This document shows positions 50,291-63,744 of a stretch of 64,000 bases of DNA, piece by piece. Source of the stretch: Bispira polyomma (taxonomy: Eukaryota); the NCBI GenBank assembly GCA_965649765.1, contig OZ287759.1, forward strand, positions 37,510,001 through 37,574,000. The letters are read 5' to 3'. The notes beneath the pieces are model-generated. The model was not told where the DNA came from. It did no database searches and was given only the letters and a program-made list of their open reading frames with translations. A program made the translations under genes and the position numbers. Numbering within the stretch: the stretch's first letter is position 1; every line of letters starts with the position of its first letter.

Positions 50291-53200
50291 AAAAAAAAAC
50301 ACAAAATCATATGCTGGTTAAATCCCCTTAGAGTTGACATAAAATAACCCATTCTATAGAGACTCCCTGTTAGAAAGTCAATTGTACTGGTTTAAACCGA
50401 ACACTCCTTTTGTACACATGACAATTTCATTATGTATTATTTGGACACTTAGTGTAGGTGTGTAGTCATTCGAAGTTTCTTTAGTCAGTATTAGTTTGGA
50501 ATTGTGAAATTACAGATATGTTAGAGGGACAAGTGTGCCCAAGTCTTGAGAAAAGTGCGGATATGTACAGGTATGTTGTATGTTTGAATTATCAAAACTT
50601 AGTTAGAAATGTGAGTGGGCGTTGATTGGTACCCGGGCATGAACTGGTCTCGCACCACTACATGATATAGTGATACAGTGAATTTTAAACTACAAATGAG
50701 CATTAAATTTTGATTTATTCTAGTTTAAAGCCAAATATTAGGCCAAATATTGGCTAACCACTCGGCCACGGAGGAACTCATTATTCTAGTTTAAATATCT
50801 TCGTTGGAATGCAAAACACAATAATAATATTAGTAGTTAATGTTTGGATTAATGTTGTTGATTTTTGAGTCGAGGATGGTTAAAGTGAAGGTGTTATTAC
50901 TCGTGACACTGATACTTGGCATTGGTGTTGATTCATTGTATTTCATGGAATTATTTAATATATGTATTATATAAGTTTTTGAATTTGTTTTACTTAAAAT
51001 TTGTTTTGTGAAGATTAAATACCCGAGAATTTCTTAACACTCAACTTAAGTCTGGACTCCCTATAGCTCTGGATACAGTACACATATATTTTAATTTAGG
51101 TTTGAAAGCTCTATTAAGATAAGTGGTCACAAGAATAGGTTATTTCCAAGTACAAGTGTTTCCTCACAGTCTGTATTTGACTTGAATGAGAGTTTAAGCA
51201 TTAGAATTTATCTCAAGAATACCAAGCCTGATATAGTAAAATATGATAACAGATGAAATGTCAAAGGGCTACATATTATTGGTTTATGAATAAAATAAAT
51301 GTTAGGAAGTACTACAGTGTAATTCCTTTGTACCTATCACTGAGATTTAAATGGAGTACTCTTTTACTTGAACTATATTATGCACAGTCAAATTGGTATA
51401 AGATGATCGCCCATGGGAATCTATAAATAAAGCTATGTTATAAGCTATAACCCAAAAGACTTATACGCCTGCTGCATGCGCCTATAAAATGATCCCAATT
51501 TGTTTTGAAACTAAGAATGACTGTGTGATCTTCCGTGTCAAAAAGCTTAATTTAAATGTGGGGTTTAAACATGGGTCAAATACTGGATAACAGGAGAAAA
51601 ATGATTCCCATTTTTGTTTGAATGAATCTCCAACTCTTTAAGATAATTAAGTTGTAAATTTAAATATTTGATACCAGATGTTTTGAAACCAAGATTGACT
51701 GATGTGGTTTAAACATAGGTCATATAATGAATCACATCAAAAGCTTATTTGAACACCCCAAACGGTTCACTGTTAGACAATGGACATAGCTGAAAATGGT
51801 TGATTCATATTGTTTTATCCAAAATTGGGATTTATTAGAATTTTAAGAAGATAGACTATTAGGTCCTGTCTCATTATACTTTTCAAAATTGTCAGGACAT
51901 TGACCCAACTTCCCTGTATTTTGATATATATGCTGAGGAACTATGGGCTTACATTCAAAGTAATGTTATGCAATCACACACAGTCGGTAAAGTCATCAAA
52001 TGGGGCAGACATATGAATTATTATATACTAGGATTATACAGAGGATTGATGTTACAATGGGTCATTAGTCTAAGAAAAGAAAATGGGCTTGCCTTATTCG
52101 TCAAGCTTTATAACTAGTTTGCACATTGCGCAACTCTGCGCATGTGCAAACTAGTTCATAGCAGGGGTCGAAAAGATGGAGAAAGTGTACAAAACGTGTC
52201 GACAAGCAAATCTCGAAACTGGTAGGGAGCTATGGTCTGAAATTCGCAGCGATTCTAGAGTTAAACCTGTTGTGCTTACAGATTTTTTTTGTTATCGATT
52301 CTAATAATGATACCGCGAATATTGGTCTTTTTATAAAACCAACAATTTTATCTCCGAGATATCTTCGGTTATATCCGTAAAAGCACGAACATACAACTGG
52401 CCAATCATCATTTTCCGAAATAACTTCGTCAGTAGTCGGAATATCACGAACGAGTACTACGAAAATCTTGCGAACAAGTCTGACTGAGAAAGACTTTTCG
52501 CCAGAGTCGGTGGGGACTCACATGTATATTTATGTACTCATCACGCTTCAAGTGTATGGCAGGCAAACCATGTACACAGCCTCGTTTTAAAGTATGACGT
52601 CAGTTTCGGGTGAAGGTTTCCTGTTTTGTCACATGTACCAGAAATCATAAAATTAAAGATTGCAACAACTAAATGACAAGACGTATATATTTGACCAGTA
52701 TTTGACTTATTTGAAGTTATACCAGCTTTTCATTCTGTAATATATAGCATAACCTACATTTTAATTTTTTTACTGTTAACGCCGATATGTATCAGAAGAT
52801 CTATGTATTTCTATGGCCAATCAGAGAACGCAAACTTTGTCAATGAAAATGAGCCCAGATCTCTTTAATTATGGGGTTATTAAAAATAGAAAATCAAAAC
52901 TAAACAATAAGAATTTGTATAATACATTACCTTAATAGTCACAAATGGTTAAGTTCATTTTAATTTCTCCTTCACGGATTTTGAAGTATATTTTTTGTGT
53001 ACTTCATTCTAGCTTGCCACAATGCATGCATATTAGGAGTATACCCCATCTCGTTGTAAAGGCGAAACGGGGATTTCCAGACAAATGATGTCAGTGAAAG
53101 GTATCTTGGTCAGGTGTTGCGAAAATATCCTGGTATTTGGCGGTAGTTTATTAATATTTTACTGCATTGAATGGCTCTATTTTCATCAGTATTTAACTTA

Positions 53201-53729
53201 AAATTTTCGTTTTTACCAGAAAGCTATTTCTTGGGCTTTTCGACAGTCCAAACATTTTCCAAATCTAATGAATATTAGTTGAGCTTTGTGAAGAAATCTT
53301 TGTAAAAATCTTAAAAGTTTAGAGATAAATAGTCATGGATCAAATTATAATTTCTCTGTAATTACTTAAGCTAAAATTTTAAGATTTATATGTCATGAAA
53401 GAGCAATTAATGCACTTTCAGACACTTTTTACAGAATAATATTTCATTTAATATTGATTGATTTATTATAGTCTTTATTCTACACATATATCTTCTATTG
53501 TGAATATGGTACATGCAGACACACGTGTTATTATTAATGCTATAAGCGGCTGGTTTTCATATCAGTTCAAACTGCCAATGACGAAAATAAACTCAGAATT
53601 AGTAAAGCATTTACCTTAAATTTAATATGAATGGTGATAACGTTATGAATGGTCACTTAATAGTTGTAAAACTAATTGGGTCTGAATACCAAAAAATAAT
53701 TGTGCTGGTTATATATTATATAAGATAGA

Positions 53730-56700
53730 TTTGTTTCGTCTCCCAGCACGTGGTAATTACCCCGCCCCGTACCACCTATTGTACCCGCAGGAGTTCTACC
53801 CTGTCGTGGAACGGGTTGGTGGGCAGTGGGTACAACCCAACCGCCCCCTTGTCAGGCTCCTGCCATTGCCTGTTCACTTAGGCCCAAACAATAAAGTATA
53901 GAACTTATAGTCAAGTAGCTGCCACCAGGTTAAATTATGGCTTAACCAACCATTAGAAATATCTGCCTTATCCCCTGATTTCCATATTATTTAATACCTG
54001 GGGATGGCCAAAGTCATTGAACCCTTATTGGTGGCTATTCCCCCTTTGGTTTCAGAGCAGACAAACTGTCACTAACCACCTGAGAATCCCACCAAACCAG
54101 TCCAATTTCAAGTTATATCACCTTACACCCCCAACTTTAGTACTGTCTAAATCATACAAAATCAATATACTAGATTGGATGTTCAAGTAAACGTAGTAGC
54201 ACGACACTTGAACATCCCCTGTTCTTTACACCTGCGGAGCTAAACTGTAGAGTAGGAAATCATAGGCAGGATGAGACTTTTGCAGCCTAGGCACTGAGAT
54301 TTCAGCTAAGTTGCAGCATAAAAGGACAGCTACCAAATATGGATTTTACCTTAAAGTGAAACTTAAACTAAAGTAAAGGCCAATCGAGGTCACCTTACAG
54401 AATTGTTTTAAATCAATATTATATATAACATATGTCAAGTAAAACACAAGATGTAATAATAATAATGTTTTATTGACGAAATGAGATACCCAGTTGGGTG
54501 TAACATGGTAAAATGTGTGTAAAATGGATGGGTAATTAAGTGTAAATGAAATACCAGTTGACACAAGAGGCATCATGACATATTAATTTTAATGTGAACG
54601 CCCACCGGTGGACGCGGCCAACATACAAACAGACACCGACCAAAACATAACATAGAACCAAATTAATATAATAGAATTAATTTAGTTACACACAATGGTG
54701 TATGCAGAAAACAATATACTTTGAAAGAAAGAGAAGACAATTTGATATTTACAATAATTTATAACCAAACTTGGTGGAAATATTTAAACATTTAGAATTT
54801 GGAAAGGGAAAAATGTCATGATATCTCAGGTGACAACAGGAGAGAAGTTTACATATTCCAAACCCTAATTTATGGAATAATTGAAAGAATATTTATATAT
54901 TTAAAACAGAAACACATATTTGGACACCCTCATTTGAAACATTGAAATAATTTAACTGAGAAACATAGATTTAGACAACCCACGCACATAAATCATATAA
55001 GGGTAAGTAAATTTGGTATAAATGTAACCAAAAGTGCCAGAATTTAATATTAAAGGAAATTCAAGGAATAAAGAAATACAGTGATTAAAGCAAAAGTATA
55101 TGATTAATAACAACAACCACAATTAATGTGAGTAAGAAAGCATTATTTAAAGCATTTGAATAAGGAAATTATATTAAGGTATTACACTTATGTATAGTTA
55201 TGATAAAACAGAAAGAAAAGAAAACCATCACAAGAATAAAGGGCTAACTATAGATTGTAGAAATATGTGTCAGATTATAAATTATCAGAACAATCCCATG
55301 GTTGATAATTTAGAATAACAGTCTAGTGAATAAAACAAACAGTGAATTTTGCAAGGTGATGCCCAAATTAGGAAGTAATAAGTTAAATTTATAATCAATA
55401 ACAAAACCAGGAAATTATAATAGGCTATATATAAATATATATACTTTTATATTAATAATGAGAATAATGAAATATGCTTTAATATGAAAATATAATTTGG
55501 GATAAAATCCTATATTACTTATAATAATGTGGAGAGAGATACAAGCCTGTAATTGGTCTGCCCTGATACCTCATAATTAAACTAGTCTTGAAGTGTGGTC
55601 TGAACCAGCAGAGCTTCCTGGTTAGAATTTATGGGGGAATATATTTACATGCAGGACCATTTGTACAGCTGACACATATAATCCACAAAATATAATCAAC
55701 ACAAGATTTAAAAGACACTTACGGTCATGTGATAATCCAACACAATAATTTTATAAATTTATAATAACATTTAAATTAAAATAGTCTCGGAAACTTCTTG
55801 TCAGGTTTACTAAATTTGTAGTATTTACCACATTAACTATTATGATTCTTGAAATTTTTGTCTTAAAATTATCATACACACCCGGATGCATAAACATTAC
55901 ATATGGGGATGATTAACATATTACAATTTACAATATACAAATCTACACTATATACCTGATATCCCAACAATAAATCCCTGATACCCAGTCCTACCGTTAC
56001 CATAACCATTTCCCAACCCATAATACCGCCCTTAGTGCTACCAACAGGGGTGCAGTCACCTGTTTTATATGAATAATAAAAATACCAAGCCAGCCCATCT
56101 GCACTTAGACCTAAGTCCTTCCCCTGGTCTAAACAGGGAAACTGACCAGCATAGGATGACCAATCCTAGCCCTAAGTATTTTTTTATGAAATATGAAAAT
56201 GTATGAAATCAAACTACAGTTTTCAGACATGTCAGTCTAGGATGAATGGAAACAGCCAATGGAGGTCAAGATCCCAAATAAATGGCCATTACCTGAGAAA
56301 TATATTCCTCCCCCAACAAATAAAGTTCAAAATATTAATTTTTATAACCCCCTAGTTTACATGATTTTATTATAATCAATTTAGAATAATGATGAGATGA
56401 TTCCCCAATACCCCACGGCCCCCCTTAGCCCCACCAAACATGATAAAAACTCACATATTAAAACTTAATGAAAACCATACCTATGAAGTGATGCAGGTCC
56501 TTCCTCTCCAAAGTCCAGCCGAAAAAGAAACTGAATCTACCATGAGGCATCCAGAAGTTCCCCCCAGATCACCCCCCAAAACCGTTACAAACTACCCTAT
56601 TGGTTTATCTGGCCAAAGTTGGAAATCTCTGGGTGCAAGAGGGATTGTCATTGGTCAAGCACCTAAGCTATCTACCCATCTTTTGTCCACTCCTCACTGT

Positions 56701-56888
56701 TGTTTTAACCTGTTTCAAAATCTGACGCCTGACTGTTATTTTAAACTTGTTTACTTAGTCCGACGGCTCACTGCTATTTTTAGCTTGTTACCAAATTTCT
56801 GTGAACTAGCAGTGAACCGGAAAACGGGAGGGTACTAAAACTCGGAGCACCGCAAATCTCAGGAATCGGAAACCCACGGATCGTCGCA
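53730..56888. mobile_element. Second copy of the ~3.2-kb LTR-like repeat (left ~30 bp missing)
   Basis: Collinear with 44870-48071; extra ~345 bp at 54244-54589; lacks ~46845-47222; ends GGATCGTCGCA. Confidence 0.88.
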
Positions 56889-57170
56889 ATTATGTGATGA
56901 AAAAATCATTTAATAGTTGTTATACCAGTGTAGGTTAAGTTTAGTAGTGATACTTCTTGCTAGGAATATTTTAAATTTTCGACCATGCTTTTCGGTCCAA
57001 TGTTTAAAAGCCCAAATACTAGGACATTATGTAGTTCGACTCTGCCTGGGCTACTGATCACAAAACTTAAAGAATTTTTAAAATCAGACAATTATTAATG
57101 GAGGTATGAGAATTAAAAGTTTTTATACATGCATGGTTAGCCCATATACTAGCCCTAAAATAGGACTCTA

Positions 57171-57453
57171 AGGGGGTGGACAGCTTAGCTGACAGTGGAC
57201 AGCTTAGCTGACAGTCAGTGGACAGCTTAGCTGACAGTGAACAGCTTAGCTGACAGTGGACAGCTTAGCGGACAGTAACTTAAAATGTACACAGTTTATC
57301 CATTTAAACTGAATCGTGCAAAGTCTGTAAAAACAATGAAATTAGTAAGTTCAGTACTTTATATTGTACATATGGCTTTTTAAATGCAACAAATTTTATG
57401 TTTTACCCTACTGTCCCCTATTGCTGTCCCGTCCGCTAAGCTGTCCACCCCTG
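57171..57453. mobile_element. Tc1/mariner-type MITE with five tandem copies of a 19-bp TIR motif at its left end
   Basis: GGGGTGGACAGCTTAGC ... GCTAAGCTGTCCACCCCTG|TA; GTGGACAGCTTAGCTGACA x5 at 57176-57274. Confidence 0.8.
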
Positions 57454-58892
57454 TATAGTAAAAATTGTGTATCCGCGCACCAACAATGGCCGACAAAGAT
57501 GTTGTTGACAAAATATTGTAGCAAGATATAGCAAAAGCTACTGCTAATATGTTGAAATTTTATGTTTTTGACTGTTCATACGTGGAATATAAAACCAGTG
57601 AGTAACCAAGATTATTTATTTTTGTTCAAAAGTATAAAGCTAAAGTTTCAAAACCCTGAGATTTTCAAATGGAAGCCGATACAACTGTATGACTAGCAAT
57701 TCTCGCTAAAAAGTCACACAGTCGTATCTTATGGCTAGGTTATTCCATGTACCAAAATTCGGTCCAGTCCATTTTTCAACAGTTCACCCCCAAAAATATA
57801 GGGCAGTCTTCTTAACCAATGAAATCGCTTCATACTAACAGACCTTGACCTAAGGAGTGCTGTTATAAACCTCCAAATCGTTGTCTCTGATGGATCTTAA
57901 TAAAACTGTCAAAATTGTAAACATTCTACCCTAAAATTAAATTAAAATGCGTTTGACAGAATGTCAGACCACATATATGGCCCAAAAGTTGGGCCTCACA
58001 CATGGCAAACTAGTCACCAGCCGTGGCCGCACCGTTCTTGTTCTTTATATGTCAGCACAGTTTGAAGAAGAAAATAAACTGTTACTTTGTTTTAGCAGTG
58101 AATTTTTTTTAAGGGGTAATCTTTTAACAGGTTAACTGTCAGTTGCCATGTCAGCTTGACCTGAGCAACGGTGCCTTTTTTTCTTTTATGAAACTGACGT
58201 ACCAAGCTAAGCACCAAAAACTGCTTGTCTAAGTAAATACTTAAGTTAGTATTGTCTCAACAGTTTAAGTGATTACATATCTTCTCTAAAACATATAATT
58301 CACGGGGATAATCAAATAAAATAGTAAGGGAAGAATGTAAGCTACATACAATAATTGCCTTCCACCAAACTGAAGTTTTGCTTGCCAACATTTGAAAATG
58401 TGTGTTCCTTTTGATGTAAACTAGCATTACAAGACCTAGGTTATATAATTAGCAATGTCTTGTTGATGAAGAAAATTTGTCAAACAAATAGTACAGGTGT
58501 GTCCTTATTTATATTTCAGGACGTTGAAATGAAAGGTATTCCACAAAACTAATGTTATATTGCTACCTATGATCAAAGTACTTCCAGGCACATTCTTGAA
58601 AAAATAAACCTCTAATGTAACAGTATGATAAAAATATAAGCAAAATAAGTGGCAAAAATATGAAGCTCTGTTTTCATTTTGTTTCTTGTGACATATTTTC
58701 CACTTACTTAAGCTTGGATGTAGCCTGTCTTATCAAGCTTTTAGATGATGAGGTCTGTTCTCTTTCAGGATTAGCTTTAATGGAAGTCCTGTCAACATAT
58801 TTTATGTTACACATTTTTTTTACTGTATCCGGTAATGGTGTGATATATCTTGACATTTCGAGACAACTTTATACTTACTAAAACCTTTTGAA

Positions 58893-59045
58893 CCAGTGGT
58901 TAGAACTATCTTCTTAACAATCACTGGTCTCTCATCACTGTGGGTTCCTTCATGTGGGCAAGTTTGTCAGATACTTTCAGTAGGTCAGTGGTTTCTAACA
59001 CCATTGAATCTAGCCATCGTAATATGAACAAAGCTGTTAAAATTA
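58893..59045 (+). mobile_element. tRNA-derived SINE remnant
   Basis: ACAATCACTGGTCTCTCA and AAGTTTGTCAGATACTT core shared with other copies. Confidence 0.7.
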
Positions 59046-60816
59046 ACTAAATTAAAAATCTTGGTAGTGTGCGATTGACCTAGAAATTCATGTAAAAGAA
59101 GGGTACAGACAAAAAATAGTAATCCATTAAGTAATTACTGTATTTTCTGTTTTTTCCATTAGAGTTACAAGCTTCTTCTTGGTCTCTTGTCAATTCATTG
59201 TTGGGGTTTGTTGCGTGTCATCTAACAAGACAAAACAGAACATTACATTGGTTGTGTGTGGCAGCTGTCATACCATCCCTTATTGCAATCTATTGTAAGT
59301 GGTGACCTTATATGCAATAGATGGTTACTTTCTGTGGTTTGGCCTCCATCCCCTAAAATTAAAATTTCTAAAAATATGATGCTTTTATAGGGATTTGAAA
59401 CCTTTGGATATCTTATATTTGTACGTGTTTTGCAGCTATAGTAAGTCAAAGAAAAAACCGTCTTAGTGGCTTGTTTTTTCAAGTGGTCTTACTTATGACC
59501 TTATGACCATTAACAATGTATCTTGACATTGATTGTTTCCCATTGAAAATAAAAATTTGTATTTATCCTTTAACTAAAGAAATTAATTCCATGAAATTTT
59601 GATTGAGTGAAATTTTGTATCAGCTAACAGATCATTGGATACATTGTTTATAATTGTTTCCTATAATTTTTATTCAACATATCATTTTGACAGTTTTCAG
59701 TACCGAAACTTTATCAGAACGTGGATCAACAACAGTATTGTATTTTTATTTTTGTTATCTACATAATTTTAACAGACCTTATAGAACTGCATGCCCTTTT
59801 TTGAGGAAATGTGGACGGTAATGTAAAGTAGCAGATTTAGGAGTTCTTTTATCGGATACATCTATTAGGCTTTAAAAAACCCAGCCACATTGTCTGTTAA
59901 TTGGGGTTGTGTAACAAAGTGGGCCATTGCTTTATAAGAGAAGTCTTTGTGGTATTGCATCATAATGGTGTTGACATAAGAAGTATGGGTCTTGATAACA
60001 TACATAAAAGCACATTTCAAGCTACTCACACTGTCTCATATGTGGCCATAGGGTTATTTGTACAGGGTAATTACTTTCCTTCTTTCTTGAAATAAGATAT
60101 CCAAGTATTCATATCTAGGCCACCGAAACAGGATTTCAAATTTTTTGGGTCAAAGCCAATTAAATTTTTTGATACAGCAGTTTCAGAGAAAGATATTTGT
60201 TAATATCATACCAGATCCTAATTTTATGCAATAGCCGAATCTCTCAGATGTAATTAGTGCAATAATTAAGTACAAATACACTCTAAACACCCATGTTTTT
60301 TTTTGTAAACAAAATAACAAACCCAGATTTGCTTGTTCTCATGTACATGGATTTTCAACATCCAAAGTTCGAATGCAGTTTTTATTTTTGCCTCTTGACA
60401 AAAAATTAAATTTACACTCCTATGGAAAAATCGCATGTGTTCAGATTGACTGATTTTCTAAATCAAGTATTCATGCATTGTATATATGAAGGGCTACAAA
60501 TGAAATATAAGGTTAAAACTCACATTGTGTTGCAATTATGGAAGAGGATGTTACAATTTTATACTATGAGTTGCAATGTGTAAAAAAGAAACACAGGGGG
60601 CTTTTTTCGCAATGCATGTTTCTACTGTAAAACACAGGGTAGTATAGAAAAATCAAAAACGCAATGGAAACTAAGTCATCAAATGCAAATAAAAACGCTC
60701 AAATAAGTTTTCTAAAATTGCAAACGCAACTATAATTGCTAGAGCAGATGCTTGCGCAAACGCTAAGTGAGTTTTCAGCCTTAGTGTATTACCTAATAAA
60801 ATCTCAAAGGATATTA

Positions 60817-61020
60817 GGGGCAATGGTGGCCTAGTGGTTAGAATCGCATGCTCTACAATCACTGGGCTCTCATCAATGTGGATTCGAATCCCATTTTTTT
60901 CGTTCATGTGGGAACATTTGTTGGGTACTTACTGTAGGTTGGTGGTGTACAGTCTTTCAACACTGGTTTCTGCCACCAATCTGATCATGAAATGACTTGA
61001 GCAACATAAAAACCCAACCA
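60817..61020 (+). mobile_element. tRNA-derived SINE
   Basis: A box TGGCCTAGTGG, B box GGATTCGAATCC, same core and tail as other copies. Confidence 0.82.
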
Positions 61021-61715
61021 ATTTCAAAATTTAAGTCAAAATCCTATCATATTAAAGTTGACATTGTAACACACTGACTGAGTGGGTGGTGACTCTATTG
61101 TACCTGTAAAAATGTATTAATCACGAATTCATCGAGTAGTCTTATAAGTCAATAGTTAGGAGTAAAATGTAAATGAGAAGTATTTTTTCAGCCAGTTGTA
61201 ATTGTATGTGTAATATGCTTGTTTAATATTGCATTATTTTAACGCTTGTCTTTTAAATTAAAAGGATGTTTGCCTCCAATAATCACCTATGCTCGATTTG
61301 CCTTGGTGTGGAATGTTCAAATGTCATTTACTTGGATCATCACCAACCTGTCACTTCATTGTCACTTTATTGTAATGCAAAAATCACATTAATGTCTCAT
61401 AGTGGTGTTATCGCTGTTATGTAAGAACCAAGTTTTGTTATTTGTTGAACCATTGTCTTACATTTTTCTCAATACTGTCTTACTGTAGTCTCATGTCTGT
61501 TCCATCTGTGTCTCCTTGGTGCCGTCATACTGTCTCAATGATGGGATTAGAAGGTCTCTTTTGCTGTTGTTTTTTCCAGGCGAGTACACACAAACAATAG
61601 GGATAATGGCCAACAAATTGTCGAAAAACATTGTCATGGATTTTTGTTGCCAATGTCGGACGCCTGCCTAATTATCTATACTTGTGATCATTCATTATTT
61701 AATGAGCTAATAATT

Positions 61716-61960
61716 ATTATTATTATTATTATGCATTTTTAACGCACTTTATTGATGCCAGGCATCTTCTAAAGTGCAACAGCAGAATCAGTGATCCAAT
61801 CGTAAAGTCCATGGGCATAGCTAGGTCGTAAGGGTAGGGGGATTAACAGCTGGTTAATCAGCAAGCAACCAGATTGGGTATTAACCCACCCCGTAGCATC
61901 CGGCGGCAAGGGGCGCAACTCCCTTTCACGCTTCACATGGTGAAGGGTGCCGTAGCCAAT
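61716..61960 (-). mobile_element. Short retroelement fragment with an L2-type 3' tail homologous to the LINE at 1633-4511
   Basis: The reverse complement of 61716-61833 aligns with 4397-4511 including the (TAA)n tail; upstream sequence is unrelated to the LINE. Confidence 0.8.
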
Positions 61961-63209
61961 AATGATGAATTTAAATATAAATACTAATATGTAGACCTCA
62001 GATTTGAGTTTTAGATTGAGACTTTTGGGAACAATATGGTCACTGATGTAATTCTTAAAATACTGGAGAGGCTTTATTTTCTTTTCTTGTACTTTTTCCC
62101 CAGTATATATGTGTGTTGCTTAAAAAAGTCTTAAATTGAATGATTTTTTTTTGTTTAATTTTTTTTTGCATTGGAGATTGTTTTAAACAACAACATGTAA
62201 ACGTTTGTGATTAAGGCCTAGTCTTAAGCAATAGTAATAATGAAATTGGATGATTTTGGGATAAACACTCATTACAGAAGATGAAATGAGACCTTATGAT
62301 ATACGTTGCTTTAGTTAAAATTTTGTTTATTAAGTGCATAATTTGCCATTTTTTTGTTTAAGCAAATGTTTATATTTATAATCATCCAGTCAGTGTAAAC
62401 AAACAAAGATTTACTGTTGTAATGTCACACACATTTTGTCAGTTGGTGTAGTTTGTTTCGTGCAATACTCCTTGTTGATCCGTGGCGACATTCACATATT
62501 CTTAGTCTTAGAATTACATGTATTCTTATGCCAAGAAAGAAAAATCCAAGAATAAATATTTTTACATTTGTTGCTTTGTTAATCCTATATTTTTTAAAAA
62601 GAATTACTACACACAAAATTGATGAATTTGGTACTATTCCTAAATTCTAGACTGTTCATTTTTAGACTGAAAATTTAAGAATAGGAATGAAACAAATTTT
62701 AAGAATTGTTATTCTTAGAATTTGTCTTAAAAATATGTCACAGTGATTTTTTGATTTTACAATATTTGTTTCCATTGGATATAGTATATCGTCACTATAA
62801 AAACACATTTTAAGTATAAGGTTTCATGGCATTGAATGATGCATGTGTTTATCCTTTTTATATTATAGATTACATTATGCTTTTGTTAGGAACTGAAGGG
62901 AAAATAAAATAAATTTTAGGGTTGATGATTGCTTGCCAAATGACAAATGTTCTAGCAATAACAAATGCCATCAGCTGCTAGTCGGCAACCAAGGGGTCAA
63001 AAGGGTAATCTAAAGTGGTGATTCAAGTTTCAATTAAGTTTAATTGGCAAAATGTGTCCAACTTTGAGATCGGGCTGGTACATCTTTGAGCTCCAATTTT
63101 CCCTGACCTTGGTAGGTCAAACTTATCGGCTATAAGATCTGACGTATCGCTCCAAGATCGAATGTATTGTCAATAGGATCTGACGGATTGGTGATCCCGA
63201 CCTATAGGA

Positions 63210-63744
63210 TCAAATTTTCAATCACTCAGAGCTCAAGCAGAAGATGTAAGATGGATCCATCGAGCTGCCCAGACCTGCACCACTGTTTAAGGGGTGTCGA
63301 CGTGACGTGGATTACTATCTGCTGGAGGACGACGCCTTCGCCCTGAAAACTTGGATGATGAATCCCTACTCAAGGAGGGCATTGACCAATGAACAGAGAA
63401 TTTGTAACTAAAGGATATCCAGGGAAAGGCCGGTGGTTGAAAATGCTTTTGGGATTCTAGTCAGCAGGTTCTGCCTATTACTAACGACGATGCAACAACA
63501 CAACCTAGTGGCTTCAAATCGGACATTGACATGTGTGATATTACACAATTTACTGAGGAGCCGCTGTGGAAACCCATCACTAGAGCAACCTAACCCACAA
63601 GATGATGCACCGGAACCTGAGGAGCATCTGGTAGGATATCAAGTGGCCTACAACAGAAACACATCCAAGGTGGCCAAAAAACAGAGGGATGTGTTAATGG
63701 ACTATTTTATGAATGAGGGGGCTGTTGCATGGCAAAATGATTAA
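63210..63744 (+). pseudogene. PIF/Harbinger DDE transposase, C-terminal fragment with two stops
   Basis: QIFNHSEL...YYLLEDDAFALKTWMMNPY...N*RISRERPVVENAFGILVSRF...TCVILHNLL...QRDVLMDYFMNEGAVAWQ. Confidence 0.9.

Larger units (their letters stand above)
52110..58040 (+). mobile_element. Helentron-associated (HINE/DINE-like) element with a nested LTR and MITE
   Basis: 5' palindrome AACTAGTTTGCACAT (52112-52126) / ATGTGCAAACTAGTT (52142-52156); 3' sub-terminal inverted copy GCAAACTAGT (58005-58014) followed by a short GC-rich stem; inserted in a T run with no TSD. Confidence 0.8.
51700..58870 (+). pseudogene. Decayed coding sequence of unknown family, copy B (51700-52109 and 58041-58870, split by a 5.9-kb insertion)
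   Basis: Joining ...AAGCTTT (52109) to TTCTTTATATG (58041) reproduces copy A's AAGCTTTTTCTTTATATG exactly. Confidence 0.6.

Noticed and set aside
44841-56888. Two 3.2-kb direct repeats as the paired LTRs of one full-length retrotransposon
   Set aside because: Copy 1 has its own TAAG TSD, copy 2 is nested in a different element, and the interval has no gag/pol, PBS or PPT.
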